DNA from: Actinomycetota bacterium
Lineage (GTDB): Bacteria > Actinomycetota > Acidimicrobiia > Spongiisociales > UBA4744
Direction of reading: 5' to 3'
Assembly: GCA_013152275.1 (NCBI GenBank)
Contig: JAADGS010000070.1
Coordinates: forward strand, 1 to 64,000
Length of the DNA stretch: 64,000 nucleotides
The notes beneath the pieces were generated by a model, which had not been told where the DNA came from, ran no database searches, and worked only from the letters and a program-made list of their open reading frames with translations. Both the position numbers and the translations under genes were made by a program. Positions 63,552-64,000 of this stretch are shown here, piece after piece (the first letter of the stretch is position 1; each line of letters begins with the position of its first letter).

Positions 63552-64000
63552 GAACGCAGCACCTCCACCGCTCTTTCGCACTCTTGCACCGTCGGAACGA
63601 GTGCAAGACGAATGTAGCCCTCACCACCGGCCCCGAACACGCTTCCCGGCGAAACGACGACTCCGTAATCGAGCAGCCGCTTCGCCACGGCCGTGTCGTC
63701 ACCGACGTTGACCCACAGATACAGAGCGCCCTCGGAGGCGGCGACCGTGTACCCGAGATCCTCGAAGGCCTTCCTCAACACCGCTCGCTTCCGACCGAAC
63801 ACCGCCCTGCGCACCGCAACGTGTGCATCGTCGGACCATGCGGCTACTGCCGCGGCCTGAACGAATTCCGGCGCCGCGGTACCGGTCGACGAGCGAAGTT
63901 CGCGAAGCAGGGCGATCGCATCGGCATCTCCGACGATCGCCGCACTCCGGTAGCCGGTCATCCCCGACCGTTTGGAGAGGCTCAGGTACACCAGAAGTCC
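63533..64000 (-). CDS. dapC: succinyldiaminopimelate aminotransferase (partial, start beyond window)
   Basis: SLSKRSGMTGYR, AWSDDAHV, GYIRLALVPT; upstream of dapD-dapE. Confidence 0.85.
   Translation of the reverse strand, partial: GLLVYLSLSKRSGMTGYRSAAIVGDADAIALLRELRSSTGTAAPEFVQAAAVAAWSDDAHVAVRRAVFGRKRAVLRKAFEDLGYTVAASEGALYLWVNVGDDTAVAKRLLDYGVVVSPGSVFGAGGEGYIRLALVPTVQECERAVEVLRSCLTGN

Overview
High-GC actinobacterial chromosome segment. The gene set and style (actinobacterial serC, F420 genes, DUF222 HNH, Thr-rich secreted proteins) suggest Acidimicrobiia, but this is an inference. The window is densely coding, with about 70 CDS and three tRNAs (Glu-CTC, Gln-CTG, Glu-TTC). Most genes are housekeeping: serC, serA, ilvE, pyk, gltX, gatCAB, dapC-dapD-dapE, glgA, pruA, cofC, pgpA, and amino-acid, peptide, sugar and tungstate-type ABC transporters. 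I saw no CRISPR array, rRNA, integrase, transposase or prophage. Main observations: (1) three separate nuclease genes (lipoprotein thermonuclease-LTD, DEDDh exonuclease, DUF222-HNH) share a TGTC(A/G)(G/C)-N10-TAnnnT promoter matching the PafBC/RecA-NDp DNA-damage motif, and the HNH gene also has a LexA box over its start codon; (2) a cold-shock gene with a long structured 5' leader is followed by an Arg-rich/SHOCT-like protein and a 74-aa protein with an Hfq/Sm-like pattern, although Actinobacteria are considered Hfq-less; (3) several apparent pseudo-enzymes lie at 14-22 kb (two eIF-2B-fold-like proteins, an ADP-ribosylglycohydrolase lacking its metal-binding Asp residues, a Zn-dehydrogenase with a Cys-to-Ser change), next to a dynamin-like GTPase pair; (4) an MFS transporter has a nested extracytoplasmic beta-sandwich insertion; (5) leaderless promoters are pervasive. 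All protein assignments come from reading motifs by eye; no database searches were run.
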